A stretch of DNA of 64,000 nucleotides from an uncultured Actinomycetota bacterium (GTDB taxonomy: Bacteria > Actinomycetota > Actinomycetes > Propionibacteriales > Nocardioidaceae): contig OY969884.1 in NCBI GenBank assembly GCA_963704295.1, forward strand, positions 656,812 through 720,811, read 5' to 3'. A model generated the notes under the pieces. That model saw nothing but the letters and a program-made list of their open reading frames with translations. It searched no databases and was not told the origin of the DNA. Positions within the stretch are counted from its first letter, which is position 1. The number at the start of each line of letters is the position of its first letter. A program made the position numbers and the translations under genes. Of this stretch, positions 29,173 to 39,748 are shown one piece after another.

Positions 29173-31014
29173 TCAGGCGTACAGCGCGTCGAGTTGCTCG
29201 CGGTAGTTGTCCTCCACCACCCGACGCTTGACCTTCATGCTCGGCGTCAGCTCGCCCGACTCGACGGACAGGTCGTGCTCCAGGAGCACGAACTTCTTGA
29301 TCGACTCCCAGCGGTTGAGCCGCTCGTTGAGCTGATCGACGTAACCCTGGATCGTGTCCTGCATGGCCGTCGAGCTGACCACGGACTCGTACGACGCGCC
29401 CTGCTGGCCGTTGCGGGTGGCCCAGTCGGCGACGGCGTCGGGGTCGAGGGTGATGATCGCGGTGCAGAAGTTGCGGTCGCCGCCGTGCACGACCATCTGG
29501 CTGGCCAGCGGGCACAGTGCCTTGAACCGGCCCTCGATGTGCGAGGGGGCGACGTACTTGCCGCCGGAGGTTTTGAACAGGTCCTTCTTCCTGTCGGTGA
29601 TCCGCAGGAAGCCGTCCTGGTCGATCTCGCCGATGTCACCGGTACGCAGCCAGCCGTCGTCGCTGAGCACCTCCGCGGTCTCCTTGGGCATGGAGTGGTA
29701 GCCGTCCATCACGCCCGGCCCCTTGATGAGGAGCTCTCCGTCGGTGTCCAGCCGCAGCTCGGTGCCCGGCAGCGGGGGGCCGACGGTGCCGAACGCGAAG
29801 TGCTCCGGCCGGTTCACGCACGAGCCGGCCGACGTCTCGGTCAGGCCGTAACCCTCGAGGATGAGGATGCCGGCGGCGTGGAACCACTCCGCCACGTCGG
29901 ATGACAGTGCGGCGGAGCCGGAGATGAAGAACCGGACCCGGCCGCCGAACCGGGCCCGCACCTTTGCGAACACCAGCCGGTCGGCCACCGCGTGCTGCGC
30001 GGCGAGCAGCCGGGGCACCGGTCGGCCCTCGCGCCGGGCCCGCGACACCTTCAGCCCGACCCCGACCGCCCAGTCGAAGATCTTCGCCTTCGCGGCACCC
30101 TCGTTGTGCGCCATCGTGACGATCCGGCCGTACGCCTTCTCGAAGATCCGCGGAGCAGCGCCCATGAAGGTGGGCTGCACCACCGCCAGATTCTCGACGA
30201 TCTTGTCCACCCGCCCGTCCACCGCCGTCGGGTAGCCGCAGGCGAGCTGGGTGGTGAGCAGGACCTTGCCGAACGAGTGCGCCATCGGCAGCCAGAGGTA
30301 CTGCAGATCGTCGATGGACAAGATCCCGGTCGACGCGATCGCCGCGCCCTCGTAGGTCCAGCCGCTGTGCCGCAACCGGACGCCCTTCGGCCGGCCGGTG
30401 GTGCCCGACGTGTAGATCAACGTAGCCAGGCTCTCGGCGTCGATCGCGGCCACCCGCTTGTCGACCACGTCGGGATCGCCCTGGAGGTGGCTCCGGCCGA
30501 GCTCGGACAGGTCGGCCAGCGACATCACCTCCTCGTCCGGGTCGTCGACCGGCTCGAACGAGACCACCTTGGACACTGCCTGCAGCCCCGATCGCTGCTC
30601 CCGCAGCTTGTCCACCTGGTCGGCGTCCTCGGCGAACACCACCACGCTCTCGGAGTCGCTGACGATGTACGCAACGTCGTCGGCCATCGTGGACGGGTAC
30701 ACGGTCGTGGTCGCCGCGCCGGCGCACATGATGGCCAGGTCGGCGAGGATCCACTCGTACCGGGTCGTGGACGCGATGGCGACCCGCTGCTCCGACTCGA
30801 CACCCAGGGCGACGAGGCCGGCCGCGAGCCGGCGCACCTCGTCGGCCGTCTCCTGCCACGTGCGCGAGGCCCACTCGCTGCCCTCGGGATAGCGGAAGGC
30901 CTCCCGGTCCGGCGTCTCGGCCACCCGGTCGAGGAACATCCGCGCGACGTTCGGCGCCCGGTCCCGGACGGCCGACTCGTCATGGGAAGCCGGCAGCGAC
31001 GTCGACATCGTCAT
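29173..31014 (-). CDS. fadD: long-chain-fatty-acid--CoA ligase (AMP-dependent synthetase)
   Basis: 613-aa ORF with the AMP-binding motif YTSGTTGRPKGV, then GYGLTET and TGDIGEIDQDGFLRITDRKKD. Confidence 0.9.
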   Translation of the reverse strand: MTMSTSLPASHDESAVRDRAPNVARMFLDRVAETPDREAFRYPEGSEWASRTWQETADEVRRLAAGLVALGVESEQRVAIASTTRYEWILADLAIMCAGAATTTVYPSTMADDVAYIVSDSESVVVFAEDADQVDKLREQRSGLQAVSKVVSFEPVDDPDEEVMSLADLSELGRSHLQGDPDVVDKRVAAIDAESLATLIYTSGTTGRPKGVRLRHSGWTYEGAAIASTGILSIDDLQYLWLPMAHSFGKVLLTTQLACGYPTAVDGRVDKIVENLAVVQPTFMGAAPRIFEKAYGRIVTMAHNEGAAKAKIFDWAVGVGLKVSRARREGRPVPRLLAAQHAVADRLVFAKVRARFGGRVRFFISGSAALSSDVAEWFHAAGILILEGYGLTETSAGSCVNRPEHFAFGTVGPPLPGTELRLDTDGELLIKGPGVMDGYHSMPKETAEVLSDDGWLRTGDIGEIDQDGFLRITDRKKDLFKTSGGKYVAPSHIEGRFKALCPLASQMVVHGGDRNFCTAIITLDPDAVADWATRNGQQGASYESVVSSTAMQDTIQGYVDQLNERLNRWESIKKFVLLEHDLSVESGELTPSMKVKRRVVEDNYREQLDALYA

Positions 31015-31112
31015 CCTCTGGTTAGCGACCGTGGTGCGGAGAGGTTATTGCACCGCACTACCGCACGGTAGCCAGCGGCGCCGCGACTCAGTCGTGGGCT
31101 CCGCCATCCGGC

Positions 31113-31152
31113 CACCCAGCCACCCGGCCACCCAGTCACCCAGCCACCCGCG
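31113..31152. repeat. tandem octamer array (CACCCRGY) x5, G-tract rich on the minus strand
   Basis: The units are CACCCAGC CACCCGGC CACCCAGT CACCCAGC CACCCGCG. The minus strand reads GGG-N5-GGG-N5-GGG-N5-GGG-N5-GGG. Confidence 0.85.
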
Positions 31153-31227
31153 CAGCCACGGGGTGGGCGGATCCCGACCGGCGGCGTAGCGTCGGGGTCC
31201 TGGACCGAACGAGAACGGAGAAGCCCG

Positions 31228-32301
31228 ATGCGCTGCACCATCGTTCCTCCGTATCTGCTCCGCTCGATGGCTGACGCGGACCAGCCCACGGTGGCCGACC
31301 GCGCCCGCCGGGCGTTGGACTTGGACCACCAGTTCCGGGCCCGCCGGCCGAACACCCGCGCGGCCCAGAGCCGCGCTCCGGAGCCCGCACCGGAGGAGGA
31401 GCGCGACGCCGAGGAGCCGCCGCCGCGGCGGCGGATCCGCGACGCCGACGCAGGCACCCGGTTGCCCGGCCGGATGGTCCGGCGCGAGGGCGATCCGCGG
31501 ACCGGCGACGCCGCCACCGACGAGGCCTACCGCGGGCTGGGCGCGACCTGGCGGCTGTTCTCGAAGGAGTACGACCGGGACTCCCTGAACGGACGCGGCA
31601 TGCCGTTGCGGGCAACCGTGCACTACGGCGAGGACTACGCCAACGCGTTCTGGGACGGCTCCCGGATGGTCTTCGGCGACGGTGACGGTGAGTACTTCAA
31701 GCGGTTCACCGTGAGCATCGACGTGATCGGCCACGAGCTGACGCACGGCGTCACCGAGCACACCGCCGACCTCGTCTACTCCGGCCAGTCCGGCGCGTTG
31801 AACGAGTCGATGTCGGACGTGTTCGGTTCGCTGGTCAAGCAGCGGCGCGGGGGCCAGAGCGCCGAGGAGGCGGACTGGCTGATCGGTGCCGGGTTGTTCA
31901 CCGCTCAGGTGCAAGGCGTCGCACTGCGCTCGATGGCGGCGCCCGGCACCGCGTACGACGACCCGCTGCTCGGCAGGGACCCCCAGCCGGCGACGATGGC
32001 CGGCTACGTCGACACAGACGACGACAACGGCGGCGTGCACATCAACTCCGGCATCCCCAACCACGCGTTCTACCTCGCGGCCACCGCTCTGGGCGGCAAT
32101 GCGTGGGAGGCAGCCGGCGCGATCTGGTACGCGGTGCTCGTCGGCGGAGGGCTCGACCGGGACGCCGACTTCCGGGCTTTCGCGGAGCTGACGACGGCGA
32201 CCGCCCGGCAGCGGCACGGTGACGGGTCGACGGAGGCCGAGGCGGTCGCCGACGCGTGGACCGCGGTCGGCCTCGGCGGGTCCTCGGGAGGCCCGGCATG
32301 A
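31228..32301 (+). CDS. M4-family zinc metallopeptidase, protealysin-like (no signal peptide, short propeptide)
   Basis: 357-aa ORF. It has VIGHELTHGV (HExxH), GALNESMSDVFG (third zinc ligand), GGVHINSGIPNHAF and the N-terminal IVPPYLL (PPL-type propeptide motif). Confidence 0.88.
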   Translation: MRCTIVPPYLLRSMADADQPTVADRARRALDLDHQFRARRPNTRAAQSRAPEPAPEEERDAEEPPPRRRIRDADAGTRLPGRMVRREGDPRTGDAATDEAYRGLGATWRLFSKEYDRDSLNGRGMPLRATVHYGEDYANAFWDGSRMVFGDGDGEYFKRFTVSIDVIGHELTHGVTEHTADLVYSGQSGALNESMSDVFGSLVKQRRGGQSAEEADWLIGAGLFTAQVQGVALRSMAAPGTAYDDPLLGRDPQPATMAGYVDTDDDNGGVHINSGIPNHAFYLAATALGGNAWEAAGAIWYAVLVGGGLDRDADFRAFAELTTATARQRHGDGSTEAEAVADAWTAVGLGGSSGGPA

Positions 32302-32594
32302 GCGCGGACGAGGGTGGCGGCCACCTGGTCCGAGTGGTGCGCTCAGGTGGCCTCGCCGGCATGAAGCGGGAGGGCCAGGTGGACCTGGACCGGCTGGACG
32401 CCGGTGAGGCGGACGAGTGGCGCCGACTGCTCGCCTCCCCCGTCGTGCGCGAGCCGCAGTCCGGCGGGCGGGCTCGACCGGACGGTTACGGCTACCGGGT
32501 CGTGTGCGAGTCCGACGACGTCGACGTGACGCTCCCCGAGCAACAGCTGGCGGAGGGCGACCGCAACCTGCTGGAGCGCACGCTGCGGCGCTGA
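32298..32594 (+). CDS. emfourin-like protealysin inhibitor
   Basis: 98 aa, with an ATGA overlap with the protease stop. VRVVRSGGLAGMKREGQVDL..EADEWRRLL..GYGYRVV..VDVTLPEQQL matches my memory of the emfourin (M4in) family pattern R.GGfAG....l...ea..l......D...Y.l. Confidence 0.6.
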   Translation: MSADEGGGHLVRVVRSGGLAGMKREGQVDLDRLDAGEADEWRRLLASPVVREPQSGGRARPDGYGYRVVCESDDVDVTLPEQQLAEGDRNLLERTLRR

Positions 32595-32601
32595 CCGGTG
32601 G

Positions 32602-33903
32602 TCAGGGCCGGCCGAGCGAGCGGTAGGACCAGCCGGCCGCGCGCCAGCGGTCCGGGTCGAGCGCGCCGCGGCCGTCGAGCAACCGGCGGCGCCGCACCAC
32701 CGGCGCAAGGGTCTGCGGATCTAGCAACGAGAACTCCGGCCAGTCCGTGAGGACCAGGACGAGATCGGCTCCCGCCGCCGCTTCGACGGCCGAGTCGGCG
32801 TAGTCCAGCACCGGGCACAATGCGGCGGCTCTCGCGTTGGCCTGCGGGTCGTAGACCGTCACCCTCGCGCCGGCCGCGTGCAGCCGGGCCGCGACGTCCA
32901 GCGCCGGGGAGTCGCGGACGTCGTCGGAGCCGGGCTTGAACGCGGCGCCCAGCACCGCCGCCCGCCGCCCGCCGAGCTCCCCGTCACACTCCTCGACGGC
33001 CAGCTCGACCATCCGGCTGCGGCGACGGGTGTTGATCGCGTCCACCTCACGCAGGAACGACAGCGCCTGGTCGACGCCGAGCTCCTCGGCGCGGGCCATG
33101 AAGGCGCGGATGTCCTTGGACAGGCAGCCGCCACCGAAACCGAGACCGGCGTCCAGCGAGCGGCGGCCGATCCGCGGGTCGTGGCCGATGGCGTCGGCCA
33201 GCGCCACGACGTCGGCGCCGGTCGCCTCGCACAGCTCCGACATCGCGTTGATGAACGAGATCTTCGTCGCCAGGAACGAGTTGGCCGCCACCTTGGTGAG
33301 CTCCGCCGTCGTGAGGTCGGTGACGACCACCGGGGTTCCCGCGTCGAGCATGGACCGGTACACCTCGCGCAGCGTCTTCTCCGCCTCGGCCGACGAGACG
33401 CCGAACACCAGCCGGTCCGGGCGGAGGGTGTCGTCGACCGCGGTCCCCTCCCGGACGAACTCCGGGCTCCAGGCCAGCTCGGCCTCGTCCCCGACCGGCG
33501 CCACCGCCGCCAGCCGGGCGGCGACGCGCGCGGCGGTCCCCACCGGCACGGTGGACTTGCCCACGATCAGACAGCGGCGGGTGAGGTGCGGAGCCAACCC
33601 GGCCACGGCGGCGTCCAGCTGGGACAGATCGGCACCCGGCCCGTCCGGTCGTTGCGGGGTGCCGACGCAGAGGAAGTGCACGTCGCCGAAGTCGGCGGCC
33701 TCCGCGTACGAGACACCGAACCGCAACCGGCCGGACTCGACGTGCCGCGACAGCAGCTCACCGAGGCCGGGCTCGTGGAACGGGACCCGGCCCGCCGACA
33801 GCTCCGCCACCGTCACCGGGTCGACGTCCACACCCAGCACCTCGAGGCCCGTCTCGGCCAGACACGCGGCGGACGTGGCGCCGAGGTAGCCGGTGCCGAT
33901 CAC
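32602..33903 (-). CDS. ugd: UDP-glucose 6-dehydrogenase family protein
   Basis: It has the Rossmann motif IGTGYLG, CVGTP and the catalytic Cys context GFGGGCLSKD. The annotated GTG start leaves the first beta strand missing (see findings). Confidence 0.88.
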   Translation of the reverse strand: MIGTGYLGATSAACLAETGLEVLGVDVDPVTVAELSAGRVPFHEPGLGELLSRHVESGRLRFGVSYAEAADFGDVHFLCVGTPQRPDGPGADLSQLDAAVAGLAPHLTRRCLIVGKSTVPVGTAARVAARLAAVAPVGDEAELAWSPEFVREGTAVDDTLRPDRLVFGVSSAEAEKTLREVYRSMLDAGTPVVVTDLTTAELTKVAANSFLATKISFINAMSELCEATGADVVALADAIGHDPRIGRRSLDAGLGFGGGCLSKDIRAFMARAEELGVDQALSFLREVDAINTRRRSRMVELAVEECDGELGGRRAAVLGAAFKPGSDDVRDSPALDVAARLHAAGARVTVYDPQANARAAALCPVLDYADSAVEAAAGADLVLVLTDWPEFSLLDPQTLAPVVRRRRLLDGRGALDPDRWRAAGWSYRSLGRP

Positions 33904-33956
33904 GGTCGCCCGCGGGAATCTCGCCGCGCCGCCCCCGCTCCGGCGGCCCCCCGTGG

Positions 33957-35840
<1,884 letters not shown>

Positions 35841-36058
35841 GGGGGCTCAATCGCGGCATCGGGGGCGGACGGGTGACCCATCCTCCCATCCGGCCGGTCG
35901 GCCGGTCCGCGAGCACCCGCACCCGGCCCCGCATGATTTGGGACCGGTCGCAGCCGCTGGTAGCCTTCGGGGTCGGTCCGGTGGCGGCTGCTCCGCCTCC
36001 GCGACCTCGACTCGACCATCGACCCACCCCTTCGTACCAGCGATCGAGGCCTTGCCCA

Positions 36059-36319
36059 GTGGCGAACATCAAGTCCCAGATCAAGCGGAACCGGCAGAAC
36101 GACGCCGCGCACGAGCGCAACAAGTCGGTGAAGTCGGCGCTCAAGACCGCCGTCCGCCGGTTCCGCGACGCCGCCGACGCCGGTGACGCGGAGCAGGCAC
36201 GCAAGCTCGGGCACGAAGCCAACCGCCGTCTCGACAAGGCGGCTTCGGCCGGTGTGATCCACAAGAACCAGGCGGCGAACCGGAAGTCGACGATCGCCAA
36301 GCGCAGCGCCGAGCTCTGA
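36059..36319 (+). CDS. rpsT: 30S ribosomal protein S20
   Basis: 86 aa from GTG 36059, beginning [30 protein letters not shown]. Confidence 0.93.
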   Translation: MANIKSQIKRNRQNDAAHERNKSVKSALKTAVRRFRDAADAGDAEQARKLGHEANRRLDKAASAGVIHKNQAANRKSTIAKRSAEL

Positions 36320-36326
36320 CCCGCCT

Positions 36327-36369
36327 GCCCGGCTGGCAGCCCGGGCCGCACGCCTTCGTCGAAGGGCGT
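36327..36369 (+). terminator. hairpins downstream of rpsT (no U tract)
   Basis: GCCCGG-N8-CCGGGC lies at 36327..36346 and ACGCCTTCGTCGAAGGGCGT at 36350..36369, between the convergent rpsT and holA genes. Confidence 0.35.
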
Positions 36370-36412
36370 CCACCGACACCGGTGGGCGCCCTTCGTCGTG
36401 GGTCGACCGGCG

Positions 36413-37411
36413 TCATCGCCCGGGGCGTCGACCGGCTGGGCCGGTCCGAGCCGCCACGACGCACAGCACCAGGCGCTCGAGGGCGTGGCCGGCGTCGGCC
36501 GCACCGCCCTTGACCGCCGCGTCCGCGTCCGCGACGGCGTCCATGGCCGTGGCCAGTCCGCTCGCGTCCCAGCCGCGCGCCTGGTCCCGGAGGCGGGACA
36601 GCTGCCGCGGGCTGCAGCCGACCTCGCGGGCCAACGCGGCGTCGGTGGTGCCGGAGGGGGCGAACGAGAGCTTGATCAGCCGGCGCACCGTGGTGGCGAA
36701 CGCAGCCGTCACCAGCGGCAGCCCGACCCGCTGACCGAGGGCCCAGCGGAGCAGCTCCAACGCCCCGGCGCGGTCGCCGGTCACGGCCCGCTCCGCGATG
36801 TCGAAGGTCTTGATCTCCGCTCGACCTTCGTAGTAGCGGCCCACCAGGTCCGTGTCGATCCGGTTGCCCTGCTGGTCGCTGCACAGCTGCGAGACCGCGG
36901 CGGCCAGCGCCCGGACGTCGTCACCCACGGCGCGGTGCAGCAGGTCGGCGGCGTCCGGCTCGACCCGGACGCCGAGCCTTCTGCCCTCGGCCACGATCCA
37001 GGCCGACAGCCGCCATGGCTTCGGGTCCTCGACCGGGACCTCCCGGGCCCCCGCCTGGCGCAACCGCTCCAGCAGCGACCTGCCCCGGGCGCCTCCCGGG
37101 TGCACCAGGATCAGCGCGACGTCGGGCGCCGGAGCGGCGACGTAGTCGGCCAGCGGCCCGTGCATGGCCTCGGGAAGCGCATCGATCCCGCGGACCACGA
37201 CCCCGCGTGCGGCCGCGAACAGCGACGGGCTGGTGAGCTCGGCGAACGTGCCCGCGTCGAGAGCCGACGCGAACACCTCGGTCAGGTCGGCCGCCGGATC
37301 GTCCGCGGCGAGCGCGGCGCGGGCGTCGTCGACCACCCGGTCGGCGAGGAAGTCGGCCGATCCGGTGATCAGCACCACCGTGCCCAGCACCCGCGTCGTC
37401 GTCGTGGCCAC
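36413..37411 (-). CDS. holA: DNA polymerase III subunit delta
   Basis: 332-aa ORF. The N-terminus is VVLITGSADFL and the overall pattern is HolA-like. Its position next to comEC and opposite rpsT is as conserved in actinobacteria. Confidence 0.85.
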   Translation of the reverse strand: MATTTTRVLGTVVLITGSADFLADRVVDDARAALAADDPAADLTEVFASALDAGTFAELTSPSLFAAARGVVVRGIDALPEAMHGPLADYVAAPAPDVALILVHPGGARGRSLLERLRQAGAREVPVEDPKPWRLSAWIVAEGRRLGVRVEPDAADLLHRAVGDDVRALAAAVSQLCSDQQGNRIDTDLVGRYYEGRAEIKTFDIAERAVTGDRAGALELLRWALGQRVGLPLVTAAFATTVRRLIKLSFAPSGTTDAALAREVGCSPRQLSRLRDQARGWDASGLATAMDAVADADAAVKGGAADAGHALERLVLCVVAARTGPAGRRPGR

Positions 37412-37423
37412 GGTCGCAGGATG

Positions 37424-39745
37424 TCAGCCCGCTCCCCCTTCCGGTCCGCGGGCCGCCCACTCCAGGTTGTCACCCGCGGGCACGACTGCCACGTCGCCGT
37501 CGACGTCAGTGCGGGCCACCTCGACGCCGGCGGCGTCCAGCGTGCCAAGCAGGCCCGCCGACGGATGCCCGTAGCCGTTGTCCGCCCCGACGCACACCAC
37601 CGCCAGCCGCGGGTCGACGGCACTGAGGAACGCGGCGTCCTGGCGGGCGCTGCCGTGGTGCGGCACCTTGAGCACGTCCGCCGCCAGGCCCACCCCGCTG
37701 CGAAGCAGCGCGGCCTGCGCCGGCGGCTCGATGTCACCGGTCAACAGCAGCCGCAGGCCGGCAGTCTCGACCGCCAGCACCAGGCTGGCGTCGTTGACCG
37801 GCGAGCCGGTCGAGCCGGTCGAGTCGGACACGGACACCGGTGTGTTCGCCGCCGGTGCCAGCACCTGCCACGTCAGCGGCCCGATCCGGGCGCGCTGGCC
37901 GGCAGCGAGCGAGCGCACCGGGACGTCGGACTGCGCGGCAGCGTCGGCGACCGCGCTCCAGGCGGACGACGGGGATCGGACCGGGCTCAGCGCCACCTGG
38001 CCGACCGGGAACCGGTCGAGCACGCCGGTCAGGCCGTCGACGTGGTCGGCGTGCAGGTGGGAGAGAACGACCGCGGCCACCGAGGTCACGTCGAGGTCGC
38101 GCAGACAGTCCTGCACCGCCCGCGGCTCCGGACCGACGTCGACGACGACCGCGGCACCGTCGCCGGCCGCGAGCACCAGGGCGTCGCCCTGCCCCACGTC
38201 GCAGGCCACCAGCACCCAGCCGGCCGGTGGCCAGCCGGGGGTCGGCAGCGGCCGGAGGACCAGCGCCACCAGCAGCAGCGCCAGCAGTGCGCTGGCACCC
38301 CGTCGGCGCAACACCGGCCCGGCACCGACCGCAACCAGAGCGCACAGCAGGGTGAGCAGTCCGAGCGCCTGCGCGGACGACCCCCACGCCACGCTGGCGC
38401 CCGGCAGCCCGGCCGTCACCCGACCGACCGCGACGATCCACCCGGCCGGCAGCACCGCCAGCCAGCCGACCAGCTCACCCGCTGTCCGCGACCCGAGCCC
38501 GACCAGGCCGGCGACCAGTCCGAACACCGTTGCGGGACCGACGGCGGGGGCCGCCAGCACATTGGCCAGCACGGCGACCAGCGACGCCTGGCCGGAGATG
38601 GCAGCGACGACCGGTGTGCAGGCCAGCTGCGCGGACAGGGGGACGGCCAGCGCCTCCGCGGCCCAGCGCGGCAACCACCGGGTGAGCGCATCCCGCCACC
38701 CCGGCGCCAGCAGCAGGATCGCGGCCGTGGCGAGGGTGGACAGCAGGAAGCCGACCGAGCGCGACAGCCACGGGTCGACCAGGAGCAGCACGAGCACCGC
38801 GACGGCCAGCGTCCGCAACCCGCGCTGCCGGTCTCCGCTGGTGACACCGATCAGTGCCACCAGCCCCATCGCAGCGGCCCGCAGCACGCTCGGTTCCGGT
38901 CGCGCCAGCAGGACGAAGCCGACCGCACCGGCGGCGCCGACGACGACGAGCCCCCGCCCGCGCACGCCGGTCGCCCGCGCGACCAGCAGCAGCGCACTCA
39001 GCACCAGGGTCAGGTTGGTCCCGGACACCGCCAGCAGGTGGGTCAGGCCGCTGGTGCGGAAGTCGGCGGCGAGGGTCTCGGACAGCCCGCTGTCGTCCCC
39101 GACGACCAGCGCGGGCACCAGCTCCCCTGCCTGTCCTCGCTCGGCGACGGCCCGGTCCACCGCGGCCCGGAGCCGGGCGGCCACCGTCCACCACCACGCG
39201 GCCGGCCGGGTTACACCCTCCACCCGGCTGACCTGGAGCACCGCGCTGTGCTCGGCCGACAGTGCCGGAGCCAGCCGGCCGACCACGTCGACCCGGCTGC
39301 CGAGCGTGACCTCGAGGAGTCCGGTGCTCTGCGGGGCGAACACCAAGACAGGAGCGCGGCCGCCCACGGCGAGCCCACGCCCGGTCACCTCGACCGTTCT
39401 GGCCGACACCAGCACCTGGTCGCCGTAGCCGCCGTCGACGAGTCGGGGGTCGCTGGTGAGCGCGAGCTCGGCACCGACCACCGCTCGCTCGCGTGCGAGG
39501 TCGGGCAGCGGACCCGCGTCGGCAAGCAGCACCCGCAGCCCAGCCAGCACCGCCGCCGCGGCCGCGGCCACGAGGACCAGCGCGACCGCCGCCCGGCAGG
39601 TGCGCGCAGCGACGACCGCGCCCGCTGCCAGCAGCAGGCCGAGGACGAGGGCGACCCGTCCGGGCAGGCTCAGACACCCCGCGGCGCTCGCCCACGCCAC
39701 CACCGCCGGTGCGGCGAGCCGGTGATCGGCACCGGCGATCGACAC
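37424..39745 (-). CDS. comEC: ComEC/Rec2 DNA internalisation channel with C-terminal MBL domain
   Basis: 773 aa from GTG 39745. It has a polytopic competence domain (SGLTHLLAVSGTNLTLV) and an MBL motif VLSHLHADHVDG. Confidence 0.9.
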   Translation of the reverse strand: MSIAGADHRLAAPAVVAWASAAGCLSLPGRVALVLGLLLAAGAVVAARTCRAAVALVLVAAAAAAVLAGLRVLLADAGPLPDLARERAVVGAELALTSDPRLVDGGYGDQVLVSARTVEVTGRGLAVGGRAPVLVFAPQSTGLLEVTLGSRVDVVGRLAPALSAEHSAVLQVSRVEGVTRPAAWWWTVAARLRAAVDRAVAERGQAGELVPALVVGDDSGLSETLAADFRTSGLTHLLAVSGTNLTLVLSALLLVARATGVRGRGLVVVGAAGAVGFVLLARPEPSVLRAAAMGLVALIGVTSGDRQRGLRTLAVAVLVLLLVDPWLSRSVGFLLSTLATAAILLLAPGWRDALTRWLPRWAAEALAVPLSAQLACTPVVAAISGQASLVAVLANVLAAPAVGPATVFGLVAGLVGLGSRTAGELVGWLAVLPAGWIVAVGRVTAGLPGASVAWGSSAQALGLLTLLCALVAVGAGPVLRRRGASALLALLLVALVLRPLPTPGWPPAGWVLVACDVGQGDALVLAAGDGAAVVVDVGPEPRAVQDCLRDLDVTSVAAVVLSHLHADHVDGLTGVLDRFPVGQVALSPVRSPSSAWSAVADAAAQSDVPVRSLAAGQRARIGPLTWQVLAPAANTPVSVSDSTGSTGSPVNDASLVLAVETAGLRLLLTGDIEPPAQAALLRSGVGLAADVLKVPHHGSARQDAAFLSAVDPRLAVVCVGADNGYGHPSAGLLGTLDAAGVEVARTDVDGDVAVVPAGDNLEWAARGPEGGAG

Positions 39746-39748
39746 CGG

